Assembly: GCA_000004695.1 (NCBI GenBank)
Contig: CM000151.3
Coordinates: forward strand, 4,512,001-4,576,000
Length of the DNA: 64,000 nt
Source: Dictyostelium discoideum
Lineage: Eukaryota
Direction of reading: 5' to 3'
Each line of letters opens with the position of its first letter. Positions within the stretch are counted from its first letter, which is position 1. Under the pieces are notes generated by a model, which saw nothing but the letters and a program-made list of their open reading frames with translations, was not told where the DNA came from and ran no database searches. Positions 12,891 through 26,500 of this stretch are shown one piece after another. Position numbers and translations under genes: made by a program.

Positions 12891-13162
12891 ATGTCCACCA
12901 TTTTTTAAAATAATTAAAGAAAAAAAAAATAATAAATTAAATTAAAGTAGTAAATAATTTTTAATGTTTTTATAACAAATGAAGAAATAAATAATAATAG
13001 TAATAAGGTTTTTTTTTAATAATAATAAAAACAAAAAAAATAAAAAAATAAGGCTATGTTTTAATGAAAAAAAAAAAAAAATTAAAGGTGTAAATTTATT
13101 TTATTATTTTGGAGAAAAAAAAAAAATTAAAAATAAAAACAAAGTTTTAATTAAATAATATC

Positions 13163-14298
13163 TTATTTTTTAATTTTTTGAAGAAATGTGTTTAATGTAA
13201 TTCCAACAGTTTCTTCAATCTTTTTTTTTTTTTTTAAAAAAAAAAATTAAGGTATTAGTGTGATTGTTGGTTGGTTAGTCATAATAATAATAAAAAATTA
13301 AATTAAATTAAATTAAATTTAATACATACATCGTTCTTGAATTTAATAGTTTTAATTAGATCATCAACACGATCATCTACGAATCTCCAAGTGTTGGAAT
13401 GATCAACTGATGTATCTGATAACATAAATAATTCTGCTGAAGTGTATAATGCAATTAAAAGTCCACGTTTGGCATACCAATCAAACTTTTTTTTTTTTTT
13501 TTTTTTTTTTGATTATAAAAATAAAAATAATAAATTAGTGACAATGTTTTTTTTTTTTTTTTTTTTTAAAAAAAATATTCAACATACATCAGAAGATTTA
13601 TCACCAACTAAATACCAAATATTATCAACTAAAGTTAACATTGAAGGAGAACTATTTACGATATTTTTTGGATTTGCTAAAAGTTGCATTGCTTCAGACC
13701 ATCTTCCAATAAAAGGTTTGATCATTGATAATCTTAATTTCAAAGCTAATTTCACTTTTTCTTTTTTTGATAAACCTGATAATAATTGTTGTTCACTATT
13801 TTCAGCATCACTTAATTTAATCATTAAATCTGTATTACATTTAGTAACAAAGTATAATGCCAATTCATATGCTGAATCTTCACCCAAAATACCTTGAGTA
13901 ATTGGTGGATATCCCATTTCAATACATGCTTTACTAACTGCTTCTGATGTCCATCCATATGAATTTACATATTTTAATGAATTTTCTAAAATTTTAATTT
14001 TTAATTCAATTTCATTATTTATTTTATTAGTTTGTTGTTCTGGTTGTTGTTCTGGTTGTTGTTGTTGTTCTTGTTTTATTTGTTCTTGTTTTAATTCTAT
14101 TTTTTCATTTTGATTTGGTACTGTAGTTGAAAAGAAATTTATTTTATTATATGTTTGTTTAATATTTGTATTATTATCATTATTATTATTATTTAAAAAT
14201 AATGAATTTCTTAAAATTGTAACATTTGTAAATTTATTTGAAGATAAAGTGCTTCTTAAAAAAAGACTATTGCTTTTTTTTAATATGTTGGAAATCAT
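13163..14298 (-). CDS. coq9: Ubiquinone biosynthesis protein COQ9, mitochondrial (3 exons)
   Basis: Exon model: complement(13588..14298, 13330..13485, 13163..13219). Exon 1 has an N-terminal presequence (MISNILKKSNSLFLRSTLSS) followed by ...NIWYLVGDKSSD and a GTATGT donor. Exon 2 encodes FDWYAKRGLLIALYTSAELFMLSDTSVDHSNTWRFVDDRVDDL, which matches the human COQ9 C-terminal region ([51 protein letters not shown]). Both introns are about 100-110 bp. Confidence 0.8.
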
Positions 14299-14346
14299 GA
14301 TTTCTCTTTTCTTTCGTTTTGTTTTTTTTTTTTGAAAACAATAAAA

Positions 14347-14377
<31 letters not shown>

Positions 14378-14611
14378 AAAAAATAAAAAATAAAAAAAAA
14401 ATAAAAAAATAAAAAATTAAAAAAATAAAATAAAATTTAATATCAAAATCATAGTTAAGATGAATTGGCATTGATTATTTTAATAATAAAATTAAAACAC
14501 TTTTTTTGGAGTTGTTTAAAATTTTTATTTTTTATTTTTTTTTTCCTTTATCGTTTATTAATTCTTTTTTAATATTTTTTAAAATTATTAACTTTTTTTT
14601 TTTTTTTTTTT

Positions 14612-14663
<52 letters not shown>

Positions 14664-14719
14664 ATAAATCATAGCGCCAATCTTTAAAATTATATTTAAA
14701 ATCATATTTAAAATCATAT

Positions 14720-16613
14720 TTAAAGTTCATTAGTTTTCATATATAAATATTTATGATATAATAAATCAGTTTCATTTTTTTCATCATATTTATCAAATAG
14801 TTGCATTAAATCATATTTTGTATCATTGAAAAGTTGATATAGTTGTTTTGCTTTTTCAAGATCACTAACACCATTTGGTACATCACCATTATAATACATA
14901 TCTGATAAAATAAAAGGTGATAAACATTGATAGCCAGAAATATGTAAATATTTTACTTGAATTCCATCTGCATTTTCAATTGATTTATTAAAATAGTAAA
15001 TTGATTTCTCTAAATCAATATCTTCACCAAAAAGACCAGAACGATAAACATATCCTAAAAATTCTTGAGCTCTAATTACACCACCATTAATTTTATGTAT
15101 ATTAAATAATTCGTCATCGTTATCACTATTACCATTATTTATTAAATCAAAATTAGGTGGTAATGTTGATGCGTGTAACATTAAACCAATTATTAATTGA
15201 TTATTTCTAATATCAAAGTCTTTTGGGTTACTAGGTATTAATGAATTTGCAAATTCAAAATAAGGTTGAGCATATTTAGTTTGGTTACCTATACATCTAC
15301 TGAAAGCTTCTGCCTGTAAATCTAAATTTGGAAAAGTTCTTAATCTAACAACATCTGAAATGAATCTTTCAATTAAATGTTTTTCAGATAGTCCGAATGT
15401 AATCGAAGAATTAAAATACTTTTCATAACTTTTCCCAGTTTGTTTCTTTATTAATATTTTAAATTTATCAGTTAATACTTCTTTAAATTGATTTAAATGA
15501 AGGTTACCAAGTTTTTCAATTCTCAATTTACATTCTTTTTCAAAATCCCTTTCTTTATCAGACAATTTACATTGATTTGATAATTTTAATTTTTCATTAG
15601 TTTCAAATTTAAATTTATTAGTTTCTTCAATTGATGATTTATCATTTTGATTTTCATTATTATTAGATAATAATGATAATGAACAATCAGAAAATTGAAT
15701 TGATCTTTCAAATTTTGAGAATTTACTGAAAATTTGAGCGATTCTATAATATGGTTTAAACCAGTTTGGTCTTTTTGATAATGATAGGATTGAATAACGT
15801 AATGATTCGTGAATTGGTAATGGATATTGTTCGACAAGATTAATGATTCTCTTTGGATCATTCACTTTTGCTAAAAAACAAGTACTGATATTTAAATATA
15901 GTATACCTTTAATACTATCTGATAAACCTCCTAATGTGAATGCTCCTAAATAACTCTCAATCGCTTTATCAAATTCACCTCTACTAAATAATTTATTACC
16001 ATTATCTTTAAATGTATTAACTTGATTTTTATTATGTGGTAAAAGCCAATAATCATCCACACTATTTGAATTCATCGGTTGAATAATCTGTTCATCAACA
16101 CAAACCACTCCACTGAGCCTAATTTTTTTTAGAAATTTAACTGTCATTTCTATAATTTCTTTAAATTTTTCAATACTAATTTTAAAATCTTTTATATTAT
16201 CAACTAGAATATCATATAATTTAAAATTAATATTTAATTTTGAAAATGATTTATTATAAAAAAAAGAGTTAAGACTTACAATTTAAATTTAAATATTGTT
16301 TAAATTCTTTAATAGAGTCAACAACATTTTTAACTTCTTTTTTAACTTGTAAAATTGAAATGATATTTGTAATTAGTTTAAATGAAAAATTTTCATGGTT
16401 ACCAATTTGTAATAATAATTTTTCTGCTATTGTTAAAGCTCTATAACCTTGTAGATCATTTTGTCTATACAATGTTTCATACTTTTTTGGTGAACGTATA
16501 TCCAATGTTTTTGGAGTATTTGTTAAAATTAATTCAAATAATTTATCTTTTAATTCTGATACTAAAAGTGATTCAATCAAATATTTAATTTTAAAATAAT
16601 TATTTGTTTCCAT
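14720..16613 (-). CDS. TPR/Sel1-like repeat protein (2 exons)
   Basis: Exon model: complement(16280..16613, 14720..16203). Exon 1 (METNNYFKIKYLIESLL...YLNLN) ends at a GTAAGT donor in phase 1. An acceptor at ttctag feeds in frame into ORF 14720..16147, which contains a TPR (FKDNGNKLFSRGEFDKAIESYLGAF) and Sel1-like repeats (GYVYRSGLFGEDIDLEKSIYYFNKS; MYYNGDVPNGVSDLEKAKQLYQ). Confidence 0.55.
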
Positions 16614-16670
16614 TTTATATTTCTATATTTATAAAAAATAAAAACATAAAATCAAAAAATGGTTATTTTT

Positions 16671-16706
<36 letters not shown>

Positions 16707-17283
16707 AAAAAAAACGTTCAAATGGTAAAATGTTACCTAAAAACAACTATACCGATTTTTATTTGATACTTCACTATTTATTTATTCTATTAAATATTTA
16801 TTAATTTATTTATTATTATTATTAACTTTTTTTTATTATGTACAAAATTTATTTTTTATTAACTTTTTTTTTTTTTTTTTTTTTGATAAGGAATAAACTG
16901 TATAAAATATAATTAATAAAATTAATAATGTTCTCAAACATTATAAATTATTATTAAAAAATAAGATTTATTATAAAAAAATAATAATATTAATAAAAAA
17001 ATAATAATATTAATAAAAAAATAATAAAAATAAAAAAAAATAAAAAAAACCAATAATAATAATAATAATTTTTATTTATTTATTTATTTTTTAATTTAAT
17101 TTTCAATAAAGAAGTTTAAAAAAATTAAGAAAAGTTATTTTAATAAATTAATAAATATAAATAAAAAAATTATCAAAATAAATCTAAATAATTTAAAACA
17201 GTATTTTTTATTTTTTTTTATTTTTTTTTATTTTTTTTTTATTCATTTTATTTTTTTTTTCTAATTAATTAAAATAAATTTTA

Positions 17284-17751
17284 TCAGTAATTAATTTTAT
17301 CAGTAATTAATTTATCTGTGTTTGAGGTACAATATTTCCCTATTCGTTCCATTTCTTTCTCATGTCTTTCCAACATTCTTGCATGATTTTCCATTTCAAT
17401 CATATTACTCTTTTGGATTTTAAAATTCTTTAACCTATTATTTTCCCTTTTTTTTGATAGCAATCGGTTACATGTACTACAAATAAAACTATCATTTAAA
17501 AATTTACCATCAATTGGTATTTCAAGAAAATGGAGTTCACATAAAAAATCTGGAATTTGTTCCAATAATTCTTTCATAACCTCTTCATTATCAATAATAT
17601 TTTCATTATTTAATAAAAAATTTCATATTATTCATTCAACAATTTTATTTTCTTCAGACAATACACTTTTTTTTTTTTTTTGGAATTGGATCTTCAGATT
17701 TTTCAACTCTTTTTTTCTCTTTCTTATCTTTATTTATTTTACTCTTTTTCA
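17284..17751 (-). CDS. Small hypothetical protein with a lysine-rich N-terminus and a C-x16-C-x2-C segment
   Basis: ORF 17284..17577 (MKELLEQIPDFLCELHFLEIPIDGKFLNDSFICSTCNRLL...). It is preceded by MKKSKINKDKKEKKRVEKSEDPIPKKKKKSVLSEENKI in another frame, starting at 17751. The two could be joined by a 60-nt AT-rich GT..AG intron (GTTGAA...GAAGAG) in phase 0. That model is weak. Confidence 0.3.
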
Positions 17752-17813
17752 TTTTTTATATTACTTTATGATTTTAAATAAAACTAAAAAAAAAAAAAAT
17801 TAAAAACTTTTGT

Positions 17814-17856
<43 letters not shown>

Positions 17857-18099
17857 ATAAAAAAGAATAAAAGAAAATTCTTTTAAACCCTTTTTGGGAA
17901 AAAAATAAAAGGGGTTTTTTTTTAATTATTATTCTTTTTAAGATTCAATGGTTTTTTATTTATTTTGTTGAGGGCTCATTTTTTATTTTTTTTATTTTTT
18001 TTATTAATTACTCAGGGTGATCATTTTTTTTTTTTTTTTTTTTTTTATTAATTGCTCAGGGTGTTTATTTTTTATTTTTATTTTTATTTTTATTTTTTT

Positions 18100-18330
18100 T
18101 ATTTTTTTTGGAGACTCCTTCAATCAAGCATTGGATGGAAATTGGCCACCAAGAAATTTAGTGGAACTATCATTTGGAAGGGGATTTGAACAACCAATTA
18201 AAGTCTCATAAACTACCTCAATCGTTAACTAGTATTATTCTTCACGATGGCTATGATGAAGTTATTGAGCCAAATTCAATTCCTCAATCAGTAACAACAC
18301 AAGATTGTGAAATTAACCTATAAAAAACAT
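18100..18330 (+). pseudogene. FNIP-repeat gene fragment with a frameshift and no start codon
   Basis: GDSFNQALDGNWPPRNLVELSFGRGFEQPIKVS stops, then continues in the +1 frame as LPQSLTSIILHDGYDEVIEPNSIPQSVTTQDCEINL. This is the LP.SLT.L.FG..FNQPI periodicity of Dictyostelium FNIP repeats. There is no initiator and it is embedded in low-complexity DNA. Confidence 0.35.
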
Positions 18331-19330
18331 TCATCAATTAGTAGTAGTGTTTTAAACTCTGTAACTAGATTATATATTACAAGTGCTTCAGCTGATCATC
18401 TAGATCCCAAATCATTTACTTCTAAAGATATATTATACCATTGATCTAAATTTGAATCAGTTATATTCTCAATTGGTGCACACCAATTGATTTCATCATG
18501 ATAATCATAATCTGCTTGTTTTCTTTTATTTGATAAATCTATATTTTGTTTAAATAACCATGGTACCCAATTATGATTTGGAAATAGTGAATAACATATT
18601 TTAATAACTGATCTACCTTAATAATTAACTAAACTTGTACCTTCAGCTATATTATTAAAATCACTTAAACCAAGTTTATAACATCATCAATTTTAGATTG
18701 ATCACATGAATTTAAAACTATATTAAATTGGTTTATGTTTTTCAATTAATTCAAAAGTACTGTACCATGTGGTGTACCATATGGTGCACCGTGAACATTA
18801 TATCCCAAACACTGGACCCCTAATGCTATATAAAATATAGATGATTCATTATAATTAATTGGTCTATCTATAATTGTTTTATTAGTTAATATTTTAGTGC
18901 TATTGCTTTTATTGAATCTTTTTAAATGTCAAGAGAAATTTAAATATTTTTTATAAAATTTATTTTGAATTAAAAAAAAAAAAAAATAAAAAAAAAATAA
19001 AAAATGGAAATAAAAAAAAAAAAAAAATTAAACAGAACAAAAGTTAAATTAAAAAAAGAAAATTATGTTTTTTTTTTTTTTTTGGTCAAGATTTTTCCCA
19101 ATAAGTGGATTCTTAATTTCATAAAAAAAAAATAAAAAAATAAAAAATAATAATTATAATAATAATACTATTTCAACATGTAATTTGAAAAAGTTTTGAT
19201 AGATTCAACAATTCAAATAAAAAGACAATACAACATAATAATGGATAAAGATGAAACAAAATAAAATTAAAAATAGATTTAATATTATTTTTTTTTTTTA
19301 TTTAAATTTTTTTTATTCCAAAAAAGGAAT

Positions 19331-19362
<32 letters not shown>

Positions 19363-19499
19363 AAAAATAAAAAAAATAAAAAAAAAAATAAATTAAAAAT
19401 TAAAAAAAATAAAAAAATAAAACAGTTTTAAAAAAAATTTTTTTTTATTGTTTTTAAAAAATATCAAGCGAGCGATACTTTTTATTGTTTTTTTTTTTA

Positions 19500-19540
<41 letters not shown>

Positions 19541-19582
19541 CCCACAATTCATAAAATTCCTCCCCCTTATAAATAAATTAAA

Positions 19583-20438
19583 ATGAGTGCACCAAACAAT
19601 AATAATAATAATAATAATACATCACCAAGACAAACAACAACATCACCAACAACAACAGCAGCAGTAACAACAAAAGCTCCTGGACCATTTCATTCACATT
19701 CCACACCTCAATATTTAAATTGTGCACCAAATTGTAATACATGTACATCACCAAATGTAAATTCAATAGAGATAGATCAATTGATAGCTAATAATCATGC
19801 CTGGTCAACTAGAATCAAACAAGAGGATCCAGGATTTTTCACACATTTAGCAGAGGCACAAAAACCACGTTTCCTTTGGATCGGTTGTTCCGATAGTCGT
19901 GTTCCAGCTGAGCGTTTAACTGGTCTTGAAAGTGGTCAACTATTTGTTCACCGTAATGTAGCCAATTTGGTAATTCACACCGATTTAAATTGTTTATCGG
20001 TTGTCCAATACGCTGTGGAAGTATTACAAGTTGAACATATCATCATTTGTGGTCATTATGGTTGTGGTGGGTGTTGCAGCCGCTTACGATAATCCAGAGT
20101 TGGGTTTAATCAATAATTGGTTACTTCACATTAGAGATCTCACCTTCAAACACGCCACTATGATCTCAATGTTGGAGGGCAATAGAAAACGTCTCTTGGA
20201 TACCTTGTGTGAATTAAATGTAGTAGAACAATGTTTCAATTTAGGTAATTCAACAGTTATGCAATCCGCCTGGAAAAGAGGTCAAGATGTTAAAATTCAT
20301 GGTTGGATTTACGGTATTCAAGATGGTTATCTTCGTGATTTAGGTATCACTGCTTCATCTCGTGATACTTTAGAATCAAATTATAAAAATTCAATTCAAA
20401 AATTAAAAGAAAATATTTCATTAAGTACAAGTAACTAA
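19583..20438 (+). CDS. Beta-class carbonic anhydrase; the reading frame is broken by a single-nucleotide (+1) shift inside the conserved CGHYGCGG motif
   Basis: ORF 19583..20092 gives ...[59 protein letters not shown]...[14 protein letters not shown]. Beta-CA homology then continues in the +1 frame (ORF 20001..20438: [22 protein letters not shown]...[16 protein letters not shown]). The junction is at ggtggg|tgttgcagcc around 20066-20075. Confidence 0.65.
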
Positions 20439-20647
20439 AATTAAATTAAGTTAAATAAAAAAAAAAAAACAAATGTAAAAAAAAAAAAAAAAAAAAAAAA
20501 AAAGACCATCATTTTTTTTTTTTTATATTTACAAAAATCTTTTTTTTATTTCGGTTTTTTTTTCATTTTTTTTTTTTAGAGTTTCCGAAATTTTCAAAAA
20601 TAAATTAATCTAACTTTTAATTAATATAACTTTTAATTAATTAATTT

Positions 20648-20688
<41 letters not shown>

Positions 20689-21605
20689 AAAACCAACATC
20701 AATACAAACCTCAACATTATATCATATTAATAAAAAATTTATTCTATAAATTAAAATTAAAAAAAGGATTAAAAAAAAAAAATGAATAAAAAAAAAAAAA
20801 ATGAATAAAAAAAAAAAATGGGTTGTTTAAATTCCGATGCCATCTGTTTTATTATCAATGATTGTTGTTGAAATTTTGTTTACAAATTATGATTGTTAAA
20901 TTAGAAACAAAAAAAAAAAAAAAACAATAATATTTCCATTTTAAAAATCAATTACAAAAAAAAAAATATAAGCCATCCCTCTTATAATATGCTTTTATAA
21001 TGAAAATGACGATGAGAATGATGAGGAAGAGAAGTCAAAGATTAAGGGGATACAATTTTTTAAAAAAATGAAAAAAATAAAAAAATTAAAAAAATAAAAA
21101 TAATAAAAAAACATATTATTTTGTTGTATGAATAATGGAATCTTTACTTTATTTGTTTTTTTTTTTTTTTTTTTTTCATCTTTTTCTTCTTTTTCTGAGT
21201 TTTTTTAATCACACAAACCCAAAAAAAAAAAAAATTGATTTTTTTTTTTTTTTTTTTTAAAAAATAATAATATACAATAAAAATAAATAAAACTTAAGTT
21301 GTAGGGTTAAAAATATGTTTTTTTTTTTTTTTTTTTTTTTTTTTCCTTTTTTTTTTTTTTTTTTTTTTTTGAAGTTCTTTTTTTTTTTTTTTTTTATTTC
21401 TCATAATTACTACCACCCATGTTTAATTCTATCCTCTGCAAATATAAGGTTAATCTAGATAGAATGAAAAATAAAATTGAAAATATCTATTAAATTTATT
21501 TTTTAATCGAGATTGGCCCATGAAAATTTTTTTTTATTTTTTTTTTTATTTTTTTAAATTTTTTTTTTACCATTTTTTTTTTATTTTTTTTCTTTTTTTT
21601 CATCA

Positions 21606-21636
<31 letters not shown>

Positions 21637-22300
21637 TACTGCAACTGGTGTCATATTATATACATTTTAAATTAATTATCAACGCGCACCATCTCCTTAA
21701 ATAATTAATAGCAGTATTATTATTATTTTTATTATAATAACTATTATTTCTGTAAAAATAAACCTTGTACAAATTGTATTTAATAAAATTTTAAAAATAA
21801 AAAAAGAAGTATAATTAAAAAAAAAAAAAAAAAAAAAAGTAAAATTAAAATTAAAAAAAAAAAAAAAAAACCATATAATAATTAAAAAAAAAGGTATGTA
21901 ATGCTAGGTCCAACTTTTTTTATTTTTGTTTCATTTTTTATTTATTTTGCCTTCTTTGTTTTGAGACAAAAAATAAAAAAAATAAAATAAAATAAAAAAA
22001 AATAAAAAAAAAAAAAGGAAATTTTTTTTTTCAATTAAAAATCTTTTTTTCAACTGCATTACAACCAACTAACTTTTTTTTTCTTTTTTTTTTTTATTTT
22101 TTATTTTTTTTTTTTTTTTTATTTTCTATTGTTTATTTATTCTTGTATTATTTCCATCAATAATATAGATTTTATTAATTTTTTTTAAATATCTAATTAT
22201 TTTTTTAATTTTTTTTTTTTTATTAAAATTATTACATTTGTATTATTATCTATTTATTAAAATTTTTTTTTTTTTTTTTTTTTAATTAATTAATCTTTAT

Positions 22301-22335
<35 letters not shown>

Positions 22336-22414
22336 AACACACATATATAATTTATTTATTTATTTATTTTCAAAAAAAAGAAAATAATAATAATAAAAAA
22401 AAAATTAATAAAAA

Positions 22415-22974
22415 ATGGAAGACGATGATACCTTAAATGGTGAATACTTTCAACCAGTAGAGGATATGATTACTCTACCAATTTTAACAGAAGAATCTTT
22501 ATTACTCAATTTAAAGATGAGATATAAAAAGAAGGAGATTTACACTTACACTGGTTCAATTTTGGTAGCAGTCAATCCGTACGAAATTCTACCAATTTAT
22601 ACAGCAGACATTGTGAAAAGCTATTTCGCCAAATCACGTAATCTCATGTTACCTCATATTTTCGCTGTTTCCGATGCAGCATTTACAAATATGATCGAAG
22701 AGGGTAAAAATCAATCAATTATTATTTCTGGTGAATCTGGTGCTGGTAAAACTGAATCAACAAAACTTATCATTCAATATCTCGCCGCAAGAACAAATCG
22801 TCATTCCCAAGTCGAACAAATGATTGTTGAATCTTCTCCAATCTTGGAAGCTTTTGGTAATGCAAAAACAATTAGAAATAATAACTCTTCTAGATTTGGT
22901 AAATTTATTGAAATTCAATTTAATAGAGAAGGTCATATTTCTGGTGCTAGAATTATAAATTGTAAGTTTTCCAG

Positions 22975-23014
<40 letters not shown>

Positions 23015-23550
23015 GTATTAATATTTTTTTATTTCACTTTTTTTTTCATCAACCCTCTTGTCAAAATTTTTTATTTTTTTTATTTCTCAATTCTATCAAA
23101 CCATACCAAAAAAAAAAAAAGACTTATTAGAAAAATCTAGAATTTCACATCAAGCTAGTTCAGAAAGAAATTATCATATTTTTTATCAATTATTAGCAGG
23201 TGCATCAGATGAATTAAAAGAGAAATTAAAATTGGGTGAACCAGAAGATTATCACTATTTAAGTCAAAGTGGTTGTATTAGAATTGAAAATATTAATGAT
23301 GTTGAAGATTTTGAACATGTCAAATATGCAATGAATGTTTTAGGTCTCCCAGAAGATAAACAATTTACAATCTTTTCAATTGTTTCAGCAGTTTTACATA
23401 TTGGTAATTTAAAATTTGAAAAATCTGAAAAAACTCAAGGTGCTGAAGGTTCTGAAGTTTCAAATAAAGATAGTAAGTTATTTAATTTTTTTTTTTATTT
23501 TTTTTTTTTTTTTTTTCATTTTTCAAAATTTATTTAAGCATATATACTAA

Positions 23551-23581
<31 letters not shown>

Positions 23582-26500
23582 TTTAGCATTAAAAATTATT
23601 GCACAATTATTAAGTGTTGATCCAGTTAAATTGGAAACTTGTTTAACAATTCGTCATGTTTTAATTCGTGGTCAAAATTTCGTAATTCCATTAAAAGTTA
23701 ATGAAGCAGAAGATACTAGAGATTCTTTAGCAAAAGCATTATATGGTAATGTTTTCAATTGGCTCGTAGTTTTCATCAATTCTAAAATTCATAAACCACA
23801 AAAAAATTCAACATTTATTGGTGTATTGGATATTTTTGGTTTTGAAAATTTTAAAAAGAATAGTTTTGAACAATTTTGGTAAGTTTTTTTTTTTTTAAAA
23901 ATATATATATAAAAAAAAAAAAATAATTTCTAATATATTTTATTTATTTTTTTTAAAAAAAAAGTATTAATTTTGCAAATGAAAAATTACAACAACATTT
24001 TAATCAACATATTTTTAAATTAGAACAAGAAGAATATGAAAAAGAAAAAATTAATTGGAGTAAGATCGTATATAATGATAATCAAGAATGTTTAGATTTA
24101 ATTGAAAAGAGACCATTAGGTATTTTAAGTTTATTGGATGAGGAGAGTAGATTCCCACAAGCAACAGATTTAACCTATTTGGATAAATTACATACCAATC
24201 ACGAGAAACATCCATACTATGAAAAACCAAGACGTTCAAAGAATACATTTGTTGTGAAACATTATGCTGGTGAAGTACATTATGATACTCAAGGTTTCTT
24301 GGATAAGAATAAGGATACCGTTAGTGATGATCTTTCAAGCTTACTTCAAGGAAGTAAGAGTAAATTCATCATTGAATTATTTACACCACCAAGAGAAGAG
24401 GGTGATGACAGTGATAAGGGCAGAGAGAAGAAAAAGACAACAGCAGGTCAAACATTCAAGACACAATTACAATCGTTGATTAATATTTTATCATCAACTC
24501 AACCACATTACGTTCGTTGTATTAAACCAAACACAACCAAAGAACCAGCAGTATACGATCGTGAATTGATTCAAGCTCAATTAAGATATGCAGGTATGAT
24601 GGAAACCATTAGAATTAGAAAATTGGGTTACCCAATCCGTCATACACACAAAGAGTTTAGAGATCGTTATTTGATTTTAGATTATCGTGCTCGTTCCACC
24701 GATCATAAACAAACTTGTGCAGGTTTAATCAATTTACTCTCTGGTACAGGTGGTCTCGAAAGGGATGAATGGCAATTGGGTAATACTAAAGTTTTTATTA
24801 GAGATCATCAATATTTGAAACTTGAGGAACTTAGAAAATTAAAACTCCTCAAAAAAGTTACACTCATTCAATCAGTTTGGAGAATGTATCGTTGTAAGAA
24901 ACGTTATCAACAAATACGTGCCTCTGCAAAGATCTTGGGTGCCGCCATGTTATCCCATTCTTCAAGAAGAGACTTCCAAGAACAACGTCAAGCCGTTCAA
25001 AGAATTAAAGGTTTCTTTAAGATGCTTACCTATCAAAAACAATTTAAAATCATTCAAATCAACCTTAGAATCGTTCAAAATAATATTCGTTCATTCATTG
25101 CTCGTCGTCATTCAAGAAATGCAGTTTTACTAAAAAGAGATAGAAATGCAAGAATGTTGGAAATTCAAAGAGAAAAAGATGAGGAAGAACGTAATCGTCA
25201 AGAAAAAGAAGAACGTGATCGTCAAGAAAAAGAAGATAAAGAGAAAGAAACCGCTGATAGAAGACAACTCCAAGAAGAACAAAAACGTCGTGAAGAAGAG
25301 TTGCGTGCTAAACGTGAAGAAGAAGAATTGAAGAAATTGGAAGAAAAGAAATCACAATTAAAAGAGTTGAATCAAATCGATGAATTATCATCACTCGAAA
25401 GAATGCTCAAAGAACAACAAGATAAAAATATTAACGAACTCGATGATTTTGTTAATTCTTTAGAGGCTTTCTCATTCGAAGGTGGTGTAGACGATTCTCA
25501 ACCATACTCTTTCAATCATAAAATGTATGAAATGTCCCCAGAAGCACTCGATAAAATTTCAATCACTGATTTACTTCAAGGTTTAAAACAAACCGTTAGA
25601 TCCGTTACTAAATTTGAAGTTGATGAATCTAAATTTGAATTACCACCAGGTATTGAAAATGTACTTAAAAGAGCACCAGGTATTAAAAGACAAGCTTCTT
25701 CTTTCTTACCAGGTCAACCAATCCCAGATGTTTATTCTTCACCACAATATCCAGTTGATGAAGCTGATGATGATGATAGTAATAATAATTACATAAATAG
25801 TAATAATGGTGATTTACCACTTCCAACATCACAATCCTCCGATTTCTCATTACCACCACCACCATCATCATCTTCAATGGACTTTGGTTTACCACCACCA
25901 CCACCATCATCATCATCAGGTGGTACATATTCATTACCACCAATGCCAGTATTTGATTTCGGTATGATTGATCCAATTTTAGGTGCACCACCACCACCAC
26001 CATCAACATCAGATTCAACATCACCATCAGCAACAGCAACAGGTAATAATACACCAAATTCATCATCGGCATCAGCAAGTCAATCAACTAATCAAGTAAA
26101 TCCACAACCAACTGTTTCAGTTGTTGAATTACCACAAATTTTAAATGATGAAGAGATTTCATTATATTCATTCTATGATTATGCAAATAAGAATTTCAAT
26201 ATTGAAAAATTAAAACAAAAAGATGATATTTTCAGTTATCAAAAATCTCATATCAAATCATCATTATTGGTACACAGTGATGCAGAACAAACTAAAGTTG
26301 CAGTTGAAATCTTTAGTAAGGTTCTTCATTATATGAATAGCAATCCATTGGTTTCAAAGAAAGATCCAGCCGATTTCTATTCACCAGTTAAATTCATCTT
26401 AACCAAAGGTTTAGCCATTGAGAGTTTAAGAGATGAAATCTATTGTCAATTGATTAAACAATCCACTAGTAATCCAATTCAAGATTTAAATATTCGTGTT

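Noticed and set aside
13442-13897. 151-aa + strand ORF overlapping coq9
   Set aside because: It is antisense to well-supported coq9 exons and spans a coq9 intron. Its composition is dominated by poly-F from a T-tract.
24051-24248. Small antisense and overlapping ORFs within myoI (24051..24248(-), 24264..24479, 24918..25331, 25614..26087, 26937..27149, 27759..28323, 28935..29756)
   Set aside because: All lie inside the long, homology-supported myosin VII exon in alternative frames or on the opposite strand.
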